The position numbers and the translations under genes are program-made. Of a stretch of 64,000 nt of DNA, positions 55,397-64,000 are shown piece by piece. Origin of the DNA: an uncultured Desulfobacterales bacterium (lineage in GTDB: Bacteria; Desulfobacterota; Desulfobacteria; Desulfobacterales; Desulfobacteraceae). Position 1 is the first letter of the stretch. Each line of letters begins with the position of its first letter. The notes beneath the pieces are model-generated. The model saw nothing but the letters and a program-made list of their open reading frames with translations. It had not been told where the DNA came from and made no database searches. The stretch covers positions 201 to 64,200 of the forward strand of contig CAYNHL010000002.1 in NCBI GenBank assembly GCA_964397015.1, written 5' to 3'.

Positions 55397-57571
55397 TTAT
55401 GCCTGTTTTCGTTTCCAGGCATGAAATTTTTTTACAAGGGTCAGTAATTTTTGAGGGGCGTGATTCTTTTTCCAGATTCCGGCCGCGTATTTGTTTGCTT
55501 CAGCCATGGTCGGGTATATATGAATGGTGCCCAGAATTTTGTTCAGGCCTATGCCTTGCTTCATCGCCAGCACATACTCGGCGATGATATCGGCTGCATG
55601 CTGGCCTGCAATGGTCACTCCAAGGATGGTGTCTTTCCCCTTCGGGGTGATAACCTTCACAAATCCACGGGCCTGTCCGTCTGTAATCGCCCGGTCCAGT
55701 CCTGCAATATCAAATATGGTGATCTCGTGATTTATGTTTTTTTCTTTTGCCTGTGTTTCATTCAGGCCGACCCTCGCAACCTCCGGTTCTGTATAGGTTG
55801 CCCAGGGAATGGTGCCGTAATCGACCCGGAAGGACTTGATGGTTCCAAAAAGGGCATTGACGCAGGCATACCAGGACTCATGTGACGCTGTATGGGTAAA
55901 TTGAAATGCATTGTTCACATCTCCGCTGCAGTAAATGTTTGGAAAATTTGTCTGAAGCAGCTCATTGGTCTCAATTGAAGTGTTGTTCTGGCTGAATGTC
56001 ACACCAAGGTCTTCAAGGCCGAACCCTGTGATGTTGGGTTTGCGTCCCAATGCAATGAGCAGGTCGTCAAAAGGAATTTCGACCGTCTGGTCCAGGTTTC
56101 GGCACACCAGTATCCTGGATCCGTCTTTTTCCTTGATTTTTATGGCTGCATGTCGGGTCAGCACCACGATACCCTCGGATTCAAACTGTCCCTGCACCAG
56201 TTGCGAGACATCCGGGTCTTCTTTTTTTAAAATCCTGTTTCCCCGCTGGACAAGGGTCACACGGGAACCCAGCCGGGAAAAGGCCTGGGCCAGTTCACAC
56301 CCGATAGGCCCGCCTCCGAGCACCAGCAGCCTGCGGGGCAGGTCCCGGATGCTCCAGATGGTGTCGGAGGTATGGTAAGGTACTCGGGAAAGGCCCTCGA
56401 GGTCCGGTATCATTGGCGAGGCACCGGTGGCCACAATGATGTTTCGTGTAGTCAGGCGGCGGTTATTGACCTCGACGGCAAAAGGGGAGACGATCCGGGC
56501 CCGGCCATGTATACAGTCAACGCCCAGGCCCGTATATCGTTCAACAGAATCATTGGGTGCGATCTGCCCGATAATATCCTGGATCCTGTTCATGACCGCC
56601 TTGAAATTGACTTCTGCTCCCTGGGTGTGGATTCCAAATTCATTTGACCGGTTGATCAGGGAACAGACCCTGGCACTCTGCAGCAATGCCTTGCTGGGCA
56701 CACACCCGGTGTTCAGGCAGTCACCTCCCATTCGGGATGCCTCGATCAGGGCCACCCTGGCCTTGACCGCAGCTGCTATATATGCAGCCACCAGGCCGGC
56801 TGAACCGGCACCTATGACTACCAGGTTGTAATCATATGCTGCAGGTTTGGGGTAGGGCCTGTAGATCCGCCGTTTTTTCAGAATGCGGATTGTCCATCGG
56901 GCAAAAAGGGGAAATATTCCCAGCAGGGCAAAGGAGACGATCAGCCTGGCAGACAGTATGTGGCTCAAAGAATCGATACTTGCCAGTGCCGTGCCGGCAT
57001 TGACATAGACAATGGTTGCAGGAAGCATTCCCAGTTGACTTATGCCGTAGAATAACGGGGTTGAAATGGATGTCACGCCCATGACAAGATTGATGATGAA
57101 AAAGGGAAAAATTGGTACAAGGCGCAGGGAAAAAAGGTAGAACCCCCCGTCTCTTTCAATCCCTCTGTCGATGGCAGCCAGGCGGGAGCTGAATTTTCTT
57201 TTGACCAGGTCACGGAACAGGTAGCGGGATAAAAGAAAGGCCAGTGTGGCTCCTATGGTGCTGCCGAAGGAAACCAGGACAGTACCGGTTAAAAGCCCGA
57301 ACAACGCTCCGCCGGCCAGTGTCATGACCAGGGCGCCCGGAAGGGAAATGGCGGTCACGACAATGTATATGGCCAGGAAAACAGCCATGGACAACCACCG
57401 GTTGTCAATTGTCAGCTGTTTTAGAACATGGGCCTGTTCCTTGAGAAAATCAAGCGAAAGGTATCGGCCCAGATCAAGCATAAAAAAGATCCCGGCCAGC
57501 AGCACAAGTAACAGTACCAGCACAATTTTAACAATTTTTCGGGATCTTGCGGTTTCAGGCGCCGGCCTCAC
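55397..57571 (-). CDS. Fusion of a DedA/TVP38-type membrane domain and a class I pyridine nucleotide-disulfide oxidoreductase
   Basis: The N-terminal ~230 aa have 5-6 TM helices with a DedA-like LPGALVMTLAGGALFG motif. The remainder has VVIGAGSAG, the redox-active GGDCLNTGCVPSK, a second Rossmann LLVLGGGPIGCE, and the C-terminal HIYPTMAE dimerisation/His-Glu motif. The GTG start overlaps the upstream stop (GTGA). Confidence 0.85.
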   Translation of the reverse strand: MRPAPETARSRKIVKIVLVLLLVLLAGIFFMLDLGRYLSLDFLKEQAHVLKQLTIDNRWLSMAVFLAIYIVVTAISLPGALVMTLAGGALFGLLTGTVLVSFGSTIGATLAFLLSRYLFRDLVKRKFSSRLAAIDRGIERDGGFYLFSLRLVPIFPFFIINLVMGVTSISTPLFYGISQLGMLPATIVYVNAGTALASIDSLSHILSARLIVSFALLGIFPLFARWTIRILKKRRIYRPYPKPAAYDYNLVVIGAGSAGLVAAYIAAAVKARVALIEASRMGGDCLNTGCVPSKALLQSARVCSLINRSNEFGIHTQGAEVNFKAVMNRIQDIIGQIAPNDSVERYTGLGVDCIHGRARIVSPFAVEVNNRRLTTRNIIVATGASPMIPDLEGLSRVPYHTSDTIWSIRDLPRRLLVLGGGPIGCELAQAFSRLGSRVTLVQRGNRILKKEDPDVSQLVQGQFESEGIVVLTRHAAIKIKEKDGSRILVCRNLDQTVEIPFDDLLIALGRKPNITGFGLEDLGVTFSQNNTSIETNELLQTNFPNIYCSGDVNNAFQFTHTASHESWYACVNALFGTIKSFRVDYGTIPWATYTEPEVARVGLNETQAKEKNINHEITIFDIAGLDRAITDGQARGFVKVITPKGKDTILGVTIAGQHAADIIAEYVLAMKQGIGLNKILGTIHIYPTMAEANKYAAGIWKKNHAPQKLLTLVKKFHAWKRKQA

Positions 57572-58689
57572 AATGCTTTTTCCATGTCCTGGAATTTTTT
57601 CATGAAGCGCATATCTATAAAATCCTTTATTTTAAAGGCCAGGGTGCCGGAGAATACCAGCCTGCTTTTTTTCAGTACCCCTTTTGCCCCCCCGACGTTG
57701 AAGATCAACAGGTAGTCGGGGCCAGGATCGAAGGGTTCCAGGGGAGCCTGCTCCAGGGCGGCCATCAGGTTGTGATACAGTACCGGATTTTGGCGGACGG
57801 CATAAACACCGACTTTGTCCAGCGGGGCATCCTTGAAATATATGCAGTCTCCTCCGCCGAAAATTTCGGGATACGCTGTACACTGGAGATAGGTATTGAC
57901 TTCAAGCCCGTTGTCCGGCCCCATCGGAAGCCCTGATTCCTTGAAAATAGGTGACGGGGTGACACCTGTTGCCAGAAAAATAAAATCGGTTTTGAATTTG
58001 TCCCCGGTTTCAAGGCGGATACCGCCATTGTCCATCTCCTTGACATACCCGTTTTCATAAAGGGTGATCCCCCTTTTTTCCAGCATGGCAATAATTTTCA
58101 ATCTAACCTGGTCCGGGAAACGCGACATGAATTTTTTCCCTGCAAAAATGCGGATTTCCGGCATGGGGCTGTTTATCCTTCGGGCCAGCTGCCATACATT
58201 GCCCGCAATTTCAGCGGACGAGGGACCGCCCCCCACTATGCTGATGATCTTTTTGCCTTTGGCCATCATGTCGCGTAATTTTTCCTGGGCCGTCATAAGG
58301 CGCTCGATGGGTTTTACTGAAAAAATAAGGTCATCACTGCCGCTGATCAAGTTCCTGGGCACAAAGCTGCCCGCGTTGAAAGACAATACGTCATAGGATA
58401 CCGTTTCTTTTGATTCCAAAAAAATGATCCTTTTATCAGGATCGATCCTGACCACCTTGTCTTTGATAAATTTTCCGCCCTGTTTTTCAACAGTATGGCG
58501 GGTGGCGAACCGGATATCTTCCGGTGAATAGGTCATGCCCAGCATGCCGGGTCCCATACCTGAATAGTAATGGTAATCAGACGGGCCTATGACAGTGACC
58601 TGGTGTCCTTTTTCAATGAATCGGCTTATATTGGCAAGGGTCACCATATGGGCATGGCCCCCGCCCACCAGTACCAGTTGTTTTCCCAT
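57568..58689 (-). CDS. NAD(P)/FAD-dependent oxidoreductase (NDH-2/SQR-like fold, no CxxxxC)
   Basis: MGKQLVLVGGGHAHM N-terminal FAD fold, a second Rossmann IVGGGPSSAEIAG, and a GGGDC-like FGGGDCIY motif. The start is set at ATG 58689 after AGGAGA. The track start at 58722 is also possible. Confidence 0.8.
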   Translation of the reverse strand: MGKQLVLVGGGHAHMVTLANISRFIEKGHQVTVIGPSDYHYYSGMGPGMLGMTYSPEDIRFATRHTVEKQGGKFIKDKVVRIDPDKRIIFLESKETVSYDVLSFNAGSFVPRNLISGSDDLIFSVKPIERLMTAQEKLRDMMAKGKKIISIVGGGPSSAEIAGNVWQLARRINSPMPEIRIFAGKKFMSRFPDQVRLKIIAMLEKRGITLYENGYVKEMDNGGIRLETGDKFKTDFIFLATGVTPSPIFKESGLPMGPDNGLEVNTYLQCTAYPEIFGGGDCIYFKDAPLDKVGVYAVRQNPVLYHNLMAALEQAPLEPFDPGPDYLLIFNVGGAKGVLKKSRLVFSGTLAFKIKDFIDMRFMKKFQDMEKAL

Positions 58690-58740
58690 GATATCTCCTG
58701 TCCTGTATCGGGTTTTGGGCATAGCGGAATGCCTCTGGAT

Positions 58741-59571
58741 CTACAGGGAATCGATCAGTTCCCCCAGGTGCCTGAGATGCTGTTTTTCCTCATTGGCAAT
58801 ACGGTAGAGCATGTCCCTGCTTTCAGGCGTGTCAGCCTGTTTTGCCGCACGTTCATAAAGATCGAGCGCCTGGGCTTCGATTGACATGGCCATGGCAATG
58901 ACCTCGGCAGGAACATTCAGGTCTGTTTTAAACAGCTCCAGGTATTCTGATGATGTCATGCCGCCTTCCAGAACCGTATCATCCACTTTTGCCTCGAGGG
59001 CCTGCTTGTCTGTATCCGGGTCAACCCGGTCCTGGTATTCTTTAAGCAGCCGGTCCTGGTGGATGATTTCAATGTCAGCCAGTTTTGAAAAAAGATCGCG
59101 TACGGCTGAATTGTCTGTTTCATCGGCCATGGAAAGGTAGAACTGTCTCAAACCGATTTCCAGAGAATAGGCTGTCAACAGGTTTTTATCCAGGGATTCA
59201 TTACCTGAGAACAGTTCAAGACCCTGGGTCTGGGGCCCGACAGCCACATTCCCCTGGTATCCCTTTATTCCCCCTGAAATATTGTAAACTTTATCAAACC
59301 CTTTCCCGGAAAGCATCTGCGCAGCCACCCGGCTACGTCCGCCAATAGCTCAATAGACCAGGACCGGTTTGTGGGGATCGATTTCACCCATCCGGTCCGA
59401 CAGTTCGGGAAATGGAATCAGGGTGGCGCCGGGAATATGACTCTCCTGGTATTCTGACGGCTGCCGGACATCCAGAAGGGTGAATTCGTTTCCCGGAGTT
59501 TCATTGATAAATGACCGGGTTTCAGGCCCGGTCATCGATTTGACCGGTGTAAAAAACTGTTTCCATTTCAT
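58741..59571 (-). CDS. Predicted selenoprotein: rhodanese domain (Sec at the catalytic position) fused to a ferritin/rubrerythrin-like diiron domain
   Basis: Two same-frame track ORFs are joined by a single TGA (59350-59352), giving ...HKPVLVY-U-AIGGRSRVAAQML..., the rhodanese C-x4-R-S loop. A SECIS-like hairpin follows. The C-terminal domain has two ExxH motifs (EIIH, EKQH). SD TGAGGA before ATG 59571. Confidence 0.75.
59320..59337 (-). promoter_or_regulatory. Candidate bacterial SECIS hairpin
   Basis: The mRNA reads CGUAGCC-GGGU-GGCUGCG: a 7-bp stem including one G-U, spanning nt +16 to +33 from the U of UGA, with apical-loop G/U at +23 to +26. Confidence 0.55.
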
Positions 59572-59637
59572 GATATATCCTCAAATTATTTATTGAACAT
59601 GGTGCCTGCCCTTAGTGGAAAGACAATTGTGTCTCAA

Positions 59638-59799
59638 TTATTTTTTCCCGATACGCTCATCGGTCGGCTGACCGTCACAATCCGGTGTGTAGCATGAATT
59701 GTCCACAAAAGAGCACCGGCTTTTACAGGAAGGACATTCTTCCGGCGGTGCAGCGGTTTCCAGTTGATATCCGCATTTTTCACATACCCAGTTGCTCAT
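59638..59799 (-). CDS. Small Cys-rich zinc-ribbon / rubredoxin-like protein (53 aa), absent from the ORF track
   Basis: My translation is MSNWVCEKCGYQLETAAPPEECPSCKSRCSFVDNSCYTPDCDGQPTDERIGKK. The CxxC...CxxC knuckles resemble the rubredoxin-like domain of rubrerythrin. Strong SD AAAGGAGG 7 nt upstream. Confidence 0.7.
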   Translation of the reverse strand: MSNWVCEKCGYQLETAAPPEECPSCKSRCSFVDNSCYTPDCDGQPTDERIGKK

Positions 59800-59963
59800 A
59801 AAAACCTCCTTTAATAATTGCTGGCATGATTGACATTAAGATCCTCATCAAAAGAATCATCTATATTAAAGAAAATACAATCAATAATTGTGCCAGAAAA
59901 TCAAAGCAGATATTTTTATCCTGGCATCTGTTGAGCAGAACAGCCTCTTTCAGGCAGCTTTGA

Positions 59964-61745
59964 TCAGATGGGGCGTGTCTTGGTTTTCAGCCACTGCCTG
60001 ACCGGTGGATCCAGTAACGGGGAAACGGTCTGGTATACCCGTTCATGGTAGTCGTTGATCCAGGCTGTTTCATCGTCATCCATCAGGGTTTTGTCTATCA
60101 GGGCCACTTCATAATGACAGAGAGTGAGGGTTTCAAAGGACAAAAACTGCCCAAATTCAGTTTTTATATCTTTTCTGGCCAGCAGCATGTTTTCAATGCG
60201 GATTCCCCATCTGCCCTCCCGGTAGATACCGGGCTCATCAGTTAGCACCATCCCTGGTTTTATGGCTGAGTCAACGGGATGGGGGCTGATGCTGGCAGGT
60301 CCCTCGTGAATATTGAGGAAAAAGCCTACTCCATGGCCTGTGCCATGCCCGAAATTGATGCCCTGCCGCCACATGGCCTGCCTTGCCAGCGTGTCCAGCC
60401 CGAATCCCCGGGTCCCTTTCGGGAAGCGGGCTCTGGCCAGGGCGATATGTCCCTTCATTACCAGGGTATAATCTTTTATCGCCTGGTCGGGAGGGTCTCC
60501 AAGATAGACAGTCCGGGTGATGTCTGTTGAGCCGCTCATATAGTGCCCGCCGGTGTCAGATAAAAACATGCCCGGTTTTTTAATGCCATAATCGGTTTCG
60601 GCGGTAGCGGCATAATGACAGACAGGGGAGTGGTCTTTGAAGGCCATGATGGGATTGAAGCTGTCCTCCATGAACTCCGGCTGCTGTTTTCTGAAATCGT
60701 GAATTTTTTGTCCTGCCGAAATTTCGGTGATCCTGCCTGTTTCATGGCAGGTTTCCACCCAGTGCAGAAAACTGATGACAGCCGCACCGTCCTTGATCAT
60801 GGTCTCCCTTAAATGCCGTATTTCAACTTCATTTTTAACTGATTTCAGCCGGGTTGCAACAGAAGGTGCATTTATGATCCGGCAGTTTTTTTCCACAGCC
60901 GAGAAAATGGCATGGTTGACTGTTTTTTCACAAATCAGTGCCGTATTTTTCTTATCCTGTCGCGTGGACAGGAACAAAACAAGGTCATCGTAGTCATGGA
61001 TCTGGACATTGTCTGATTCCAGCCTAAGAATCAATGAGCTGTCCAGCTTGTTCTTGTTGATAAACAGGTGCGCTTTTTGTGTTTCTATTACTGCAAAGGC
61101 GATATTGACAGGGCTGTGACTGATATCCGCCCCCCTGAGATTGAATATCCAGGCAATGTCATCGAGCCCGGTGACAATGTAAAAATCGGCATGTGACTCC
61201 TTTATACTGCAGCGTAACTGTTCAATTTTTGCCTTCCGGTCCATGCCTGAAAAAGCTACAGGAAACTCCCAGGCAGGTGAATCCGGAAGGGCCGGCCTGT
61301 CTGTCCACAGTCTGGTGACATGATCTGTCCGGGTGTTTAAGACAATCTGTCTTGCAGAAAATGTCTTTTCAAGATTGTGAACTGTTTCTGCGCTGAACAG
61401 TTTCTGGTCTATCCCGACAACGGCGTTGTCCGGCAGGTGATCTGTCAGCCATTTTGTATAGGTGGGAACACCGGGCTCCCCTGTTTTCATCAGTTCAAAT
61501 TCAGAAGAGGCGATCTGGCGGGCGGCCTGGATAAAGTAACGTGAGTCGGTCCATAAAAGGGCTTTGTCACGGGTCACCACGGCTGTACCGGCAGAGCCGG
61601 TGAAACCGGTCAGCCATCGCCTTGTCTGCCAGTGGTCAGGCAGGTATTCGCTCAAGTGTGGGTCCCTGTCAGGGACAATACAGGCGCTGATGCCTTCTTC
61701 GGCCATCAGCGCACGGAGTTTTGAAAGCTTGTCATCAGTTGTCAT
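59964..61745 (-). CDS. Xaa-Pro aminopeptidase (M24B, three-domain form)
   Basis: Creatinase/prolidase N-domains plus the pita-bread core ([21 protein letters not shown]). Confidence 0.9.
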   Translation of the reverse strand: MTTDDKLSKLRALMAEEGISACIVPDRDPHLSEYLPDHWQTRRWLTGFTGSAGTAVVTRDKALLWTDSRYFIQAARQIASSEFELMKTGEPGVPTYTKWLTDHLPDNAVVGIDQKLFSAETVHNLEKTFSARQIVLNTRTDHVTRLWTDRPALPDSPAWEFPVAFSGMDRKAKIEQLRCSIKESHADFYIVTGLDDIAWIFNLRGADISHSPVNIAFAVIETQKAHLFINKNKLDSSLILRLESDNVQIHDYDDLVLFLSTRQDKKNTALICEKTVNHAIFSAVEKNCRIINAPSVATRLKSVKNEVEIRHLRETMIKDGAAVISFLHWVETCHETGRITEISAGQKIHDFRKQQPEFMEDSFNPIMAFKDHSPVCHYAATAETDYGIKKPGMFLSDTGGHYMSGSTDITRTVYLGDPPDQAIKDYTLVMKGHIALARARFPKGTRGFGLDTLARQAMWRQGINFGHGTGHGVGFFLNIHEGPASISPHPVDSAIKPGMVLTDEPGIYREGRWGIRIENMLLARKDIKTEFGQFLSFETLTLCHYEVALIDKTLMDDDETAWINDYHERVYQTVSPLLDPPVRQWLKTKTRPI

Positions 61746-63870
61746 TTTTAATTATAAACCGGCGAATCAGTTGCTTGAGAGTGTCATTGTATGTGTTCAT
61801 CTTTATGACATCCTGTTTGATATCCTCTCCGCTCTGGCTCATTTCCCCTGCGCCGTCATTGACCCGGGTCATGTCGCCTGCAATGTGGGAGGCACTTTCA
61901 TCAAATGTATGTATACTTGTGTTGACCTGTTTCATGCCCTGGGCGGCGGTGGATGTTTTGTCCGCAATTTCCTGGACAGCCAGGGTCTGCTGCTCGATGG
62001 CAAGGGCGATTTCTTTGACAATTTCATTCATCCGTGAAAATGAATTGGAAATATTGTCCATGTCGCTCAAGGAGTCCTGTGAAGCATTGCGTACATTGTC
62101 TATTTTATTCTTTATGTCACTTGTGGCCAGGGCCGTCTGCTGGGCCAAAGTTTTGATTTCACCTGCGACAACGGCAAACCCCCGGCCTGCCTCCCCGGCC
62201 CGGGCAGCTTCGATGGTGGCGTTCAATGCCAGAAGATTGGTCTGTTCGGAAATTTCACTTATGGATTCCGTAAAAGACTGGATGGCTTCGGCAACGGAAC
62301 CTAGTTCGTTGAGCTTGTTGCTGGTGCGTTGAATCCAGTCTTCGGTCTCCTGGCTCATCTGCCTTGCCCGTGAGGCATTTTCAGAAATCTGGGTAATAGT
62401 GGAAGTCATTTCTTCCACAGATGAAGCGATCAAGTCAAGGTCGTCCGAGGCGCTGTTGACAACCTGGGAAGTGGACGATGCATCTTCGCTCACCTGGGAA
62501 GTAGATTGTGTAACAGCCTGGGTGATACCGTTCATGTCAGTCGCCGTGGCGCAGATACGTTCAGAGTGGTCCTGGATAATGCCGGCGGACTTTGAAAGCA
62601 GGGCGTGGTTTCTTGAGATGTCGGCAATCATCTGTTCAAGATTGGTCACAAAGGTGTTGAACCAGTTTGACAGTTCGCCTACCTCGTCCTTTGATTTTAT
62701 TTCGATTCTTTTGGTCAGATCCCCGTCTCCTTGGGCAATGTCCTTGAGATTTGTCGTGACATTGTTGATGGATTTGACCATGGCGTTGGATAAAATAAGG
62801 GCAACAGGTATCACTACGGCCAGGCAGACAAGGTATACCGCCAGGAGGATAACCAGGATTTTAATGGTGTTTTCAACCGCTGTTTCGTTGGATTTGAACA
62901 GGGAAAACGCCCCGGCAAACCGGCCATTGTCATATACGGGAAGAACGGCTTCCATGTATTTTGTATTGTTGACCTGCAAAATGCCTGTAACGGGAACCTG
63001 GTCTAAAAGCCGCCAGCTATCTTGAACGGTTTCAGGGATACCGGGGTTTTTCAATTCTTCATAATCGGGCAGTGTGCCGGTCGAAAAGGAGGCTTCGGCA
63101 AAGATATTGATACCCATGCCGGTCAGCTGGACAAGCTGGTCGACAAAGCTTTTGTCAAAGAACTTGGTCAATACGATCTGTCCTATATGGGCCGGTTCCA
63201 TTTGATCGGTTTCTTTGTTGAATTCATCCTGAGTTACGGGAATGCCCATTTTGATACCGAGCCTGTCATCGATGGAGACCAGCTTGAGGGTGGATTCCTT
63301 TGAAAGGACCTTTGGATCGCTGGCACTGAACGAAAGCCCGGGTACGGTCTTGGCGGTCTGGAAACGGCTTTTTTTAAGATCGGTATTGTTTTTCAGTGTG
63401 GTATATTTAAAAGTCTTTTGAGGGTTGACATAATAAAACCCGGCGATTCTTGTATCTGCACCGGTTTTCTGGGAAAATGAAACAAGCTCGCCATTGATGT
63501 CGTAAATGGCCATGCCGTGTATATCATCGGCGCATGCAGTTGAATAAACGGCATTGACCAGTTCGATAAAGGCAGGTTCTGTCATGCTCAGATCAAACTG
63601 TGATTTAAAATCAAGTATGAACTTGGTATTTTCGCCGATTTTGAAAAGCACGGCAGCCTGGCTGATTTTCTGATCCAGGTTGCTGCGCAGTTCTTCAATT
63701 TTGGTTGTAACGGTGTTTGCCGCTGTTTTCAATTGCGTGCCGGTTGCCTGGATATTCTGCTGGTAGATCATGTATGCGGCAGCAAGAGAAGACAGAACCA
63801 TAACAATTGCCAGGACACCGATAATTACACCGAGGATTTTGTGTTTGAGCTTCAGCGAAAAAAAATTCAT
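61735..63870 (-). CDS. Methyl-accepting chemotaxis protein with a large periplasmic (Cache-like) sensor
   Basis: N-terminal TM, ~300-aa extracytoplasmic region, second TM, HAMP, and the conserved signalling hairpin ([34 protein letters not shown]). Confidence 0.9.
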   Translation of the reverse strand: MNFFSLKLKHKILGVIIGVLAIVMVLSSLAAAYMIYQQNIQATGTQLKTAANTVTTKIEELRSNLDQKISQAAVLFKIGENTKFILDFKSQFDLSMTEPAFIELVNAVYSTACADDIHGMAIYDINGELVSFSQKTGADTRIAGFYYVNPQKTFKYTTLKNNTDLKKSRFQTAKTVPGLSFSASDPKVLSKESTLKLVSIDDRLGIKMGIPVTQDEFNKETDQMEPAHIGQIVLTKFFDKSFVDQLVQLTGMGINIFAEASFSTGTLPDYEELKNPGIPETVQDSWRLLDQVPVTGILQVNNTKYMEAVLPVYDNGRFAGAFSLFKSNETAVENTIKILVILLAVYLVCLAVVIPVALILSNAMVKSINNVTTNLKDIAQGDGDLTKRIEIKSKDEVGELSNWFNTFVTNLEQMIADISRNHALLSKSAGIIQDHSERICATATDMNGITQAVTQSTSQVSEDASSTSQVVNSASDDLDLIASSVEEMTSTITQISENASRARQMSQETEDWIQRTSNKLNELGSVAEAIQSFTESISEISEQTNLLALNATIEAARAGEAGRGFAVVAGEIKTLAQQTALATSDIKNKIDNVRNASQDSLSDMDNISNSFSRMNEIVKEIALAIEQQTLAVQEIADKTSTAAQGMKQVNTSIHTFDESASHIAGDMTRVNDGAGEMSQSGEDIKQDVIKMNTYNDTLKQLIRRFIIKNDN

Positions 63871-64000
63871 AAATTCACCTTTTTCAATGTCTGAGTTATC
63901 TTACTGGTTATATATTTGTAATAGGCTATTTTGAGCAAAATTCATAGTTTTTTTTCTTGATATCCGCTATTAACAAGGTCATATATATCAAAGGTGATTA

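Noticed and set aside
59881-59897. Sigma54-like TGGCAC-aatta-TTGA (minus strand) about 85 nt upstream of the Sec-rhodanese operon
   Set aside because: The -24 element and spacing are good, but the invariant -12 GC is GA. It is not strong enough to call. It is worth re-examining only if a TSS maps about 12 nt downstream.
1-64000. Scan for CRISPR arrays, tRNA/rRNA genes, IS elements, integrases, prophage or toxin-antitoxin/defence gene sets
   Set aside because: No regularly spaced direct repeats, no cloverleaf-like or rRNA-like segments in the intergenic gaps, and no ORF with transposase, integrase or phage motifs were seen. Absence is judged by eye only.

Overview
This 64-kb segment looks like the chromosome of a sulfate-reducing deltaproteobacterium (Desulfobacterales-like gene content). 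It opens with dsrAB (dsrB is cut by the left edge). Most of the rest is tightly packed housekeeping and accessory metabolism: dapA, galU, gdhA, a sigma54-controlled pspF/pspABC stress module, hdrCB-like genes, an MscS channel, an ABC exporter with a transglutaminase-like protein, a five-gene peptide ABC importer, a long acyl-CoA dehydrogenase, cfa, clpB, cysE-cysK, nifSU, proC, an M24 aminopeptidase and a chemoreceptor. I saw no rRNA, tRNA, CRISPR array, transposase, integrase or phage genes. The strongest observation is at 55.4-59.8 kb on the minus strand. A rhodanese/ferritin-like fusion gene carries an in-frame TGA exactly at the catalytic-cysteine position, followed by a SECIS-like hairpin, so it is a predicted selenoprotein. 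It sits in a four-gene operon with an unlisted 53-aa Cys-rich zinc-ribbon gene, an FAD oxidoreductase and a DedA-membrane/pyridine-nucleotide-disulfide-reductase fusion. I propose this operon as a candidate selenium/chalcogen handling module. Other points worth a second look:
- A full-length endonuclease-Q-like nuclease fused to a UvrD-type helicase.
- A roughly 20-nt intergenic repeat that brackets a two-gene cassette in inverted orientation and forms a hairpin at a third locus.
- A sigma54 promoter with a perfect 20-bp palindrome in front of a HEAT-like/small/ferredoxin operon of unknown function.
- A cfa-type methyltransferase coupled to a geranylgeranyl-reductase-like flavoprotein, possibly for 10-methyl fatty acid synthesis.
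- A cupin/GalT-like/unknown operon.
All functional calls come from reading the translations and motifs by eye. No database search was run.
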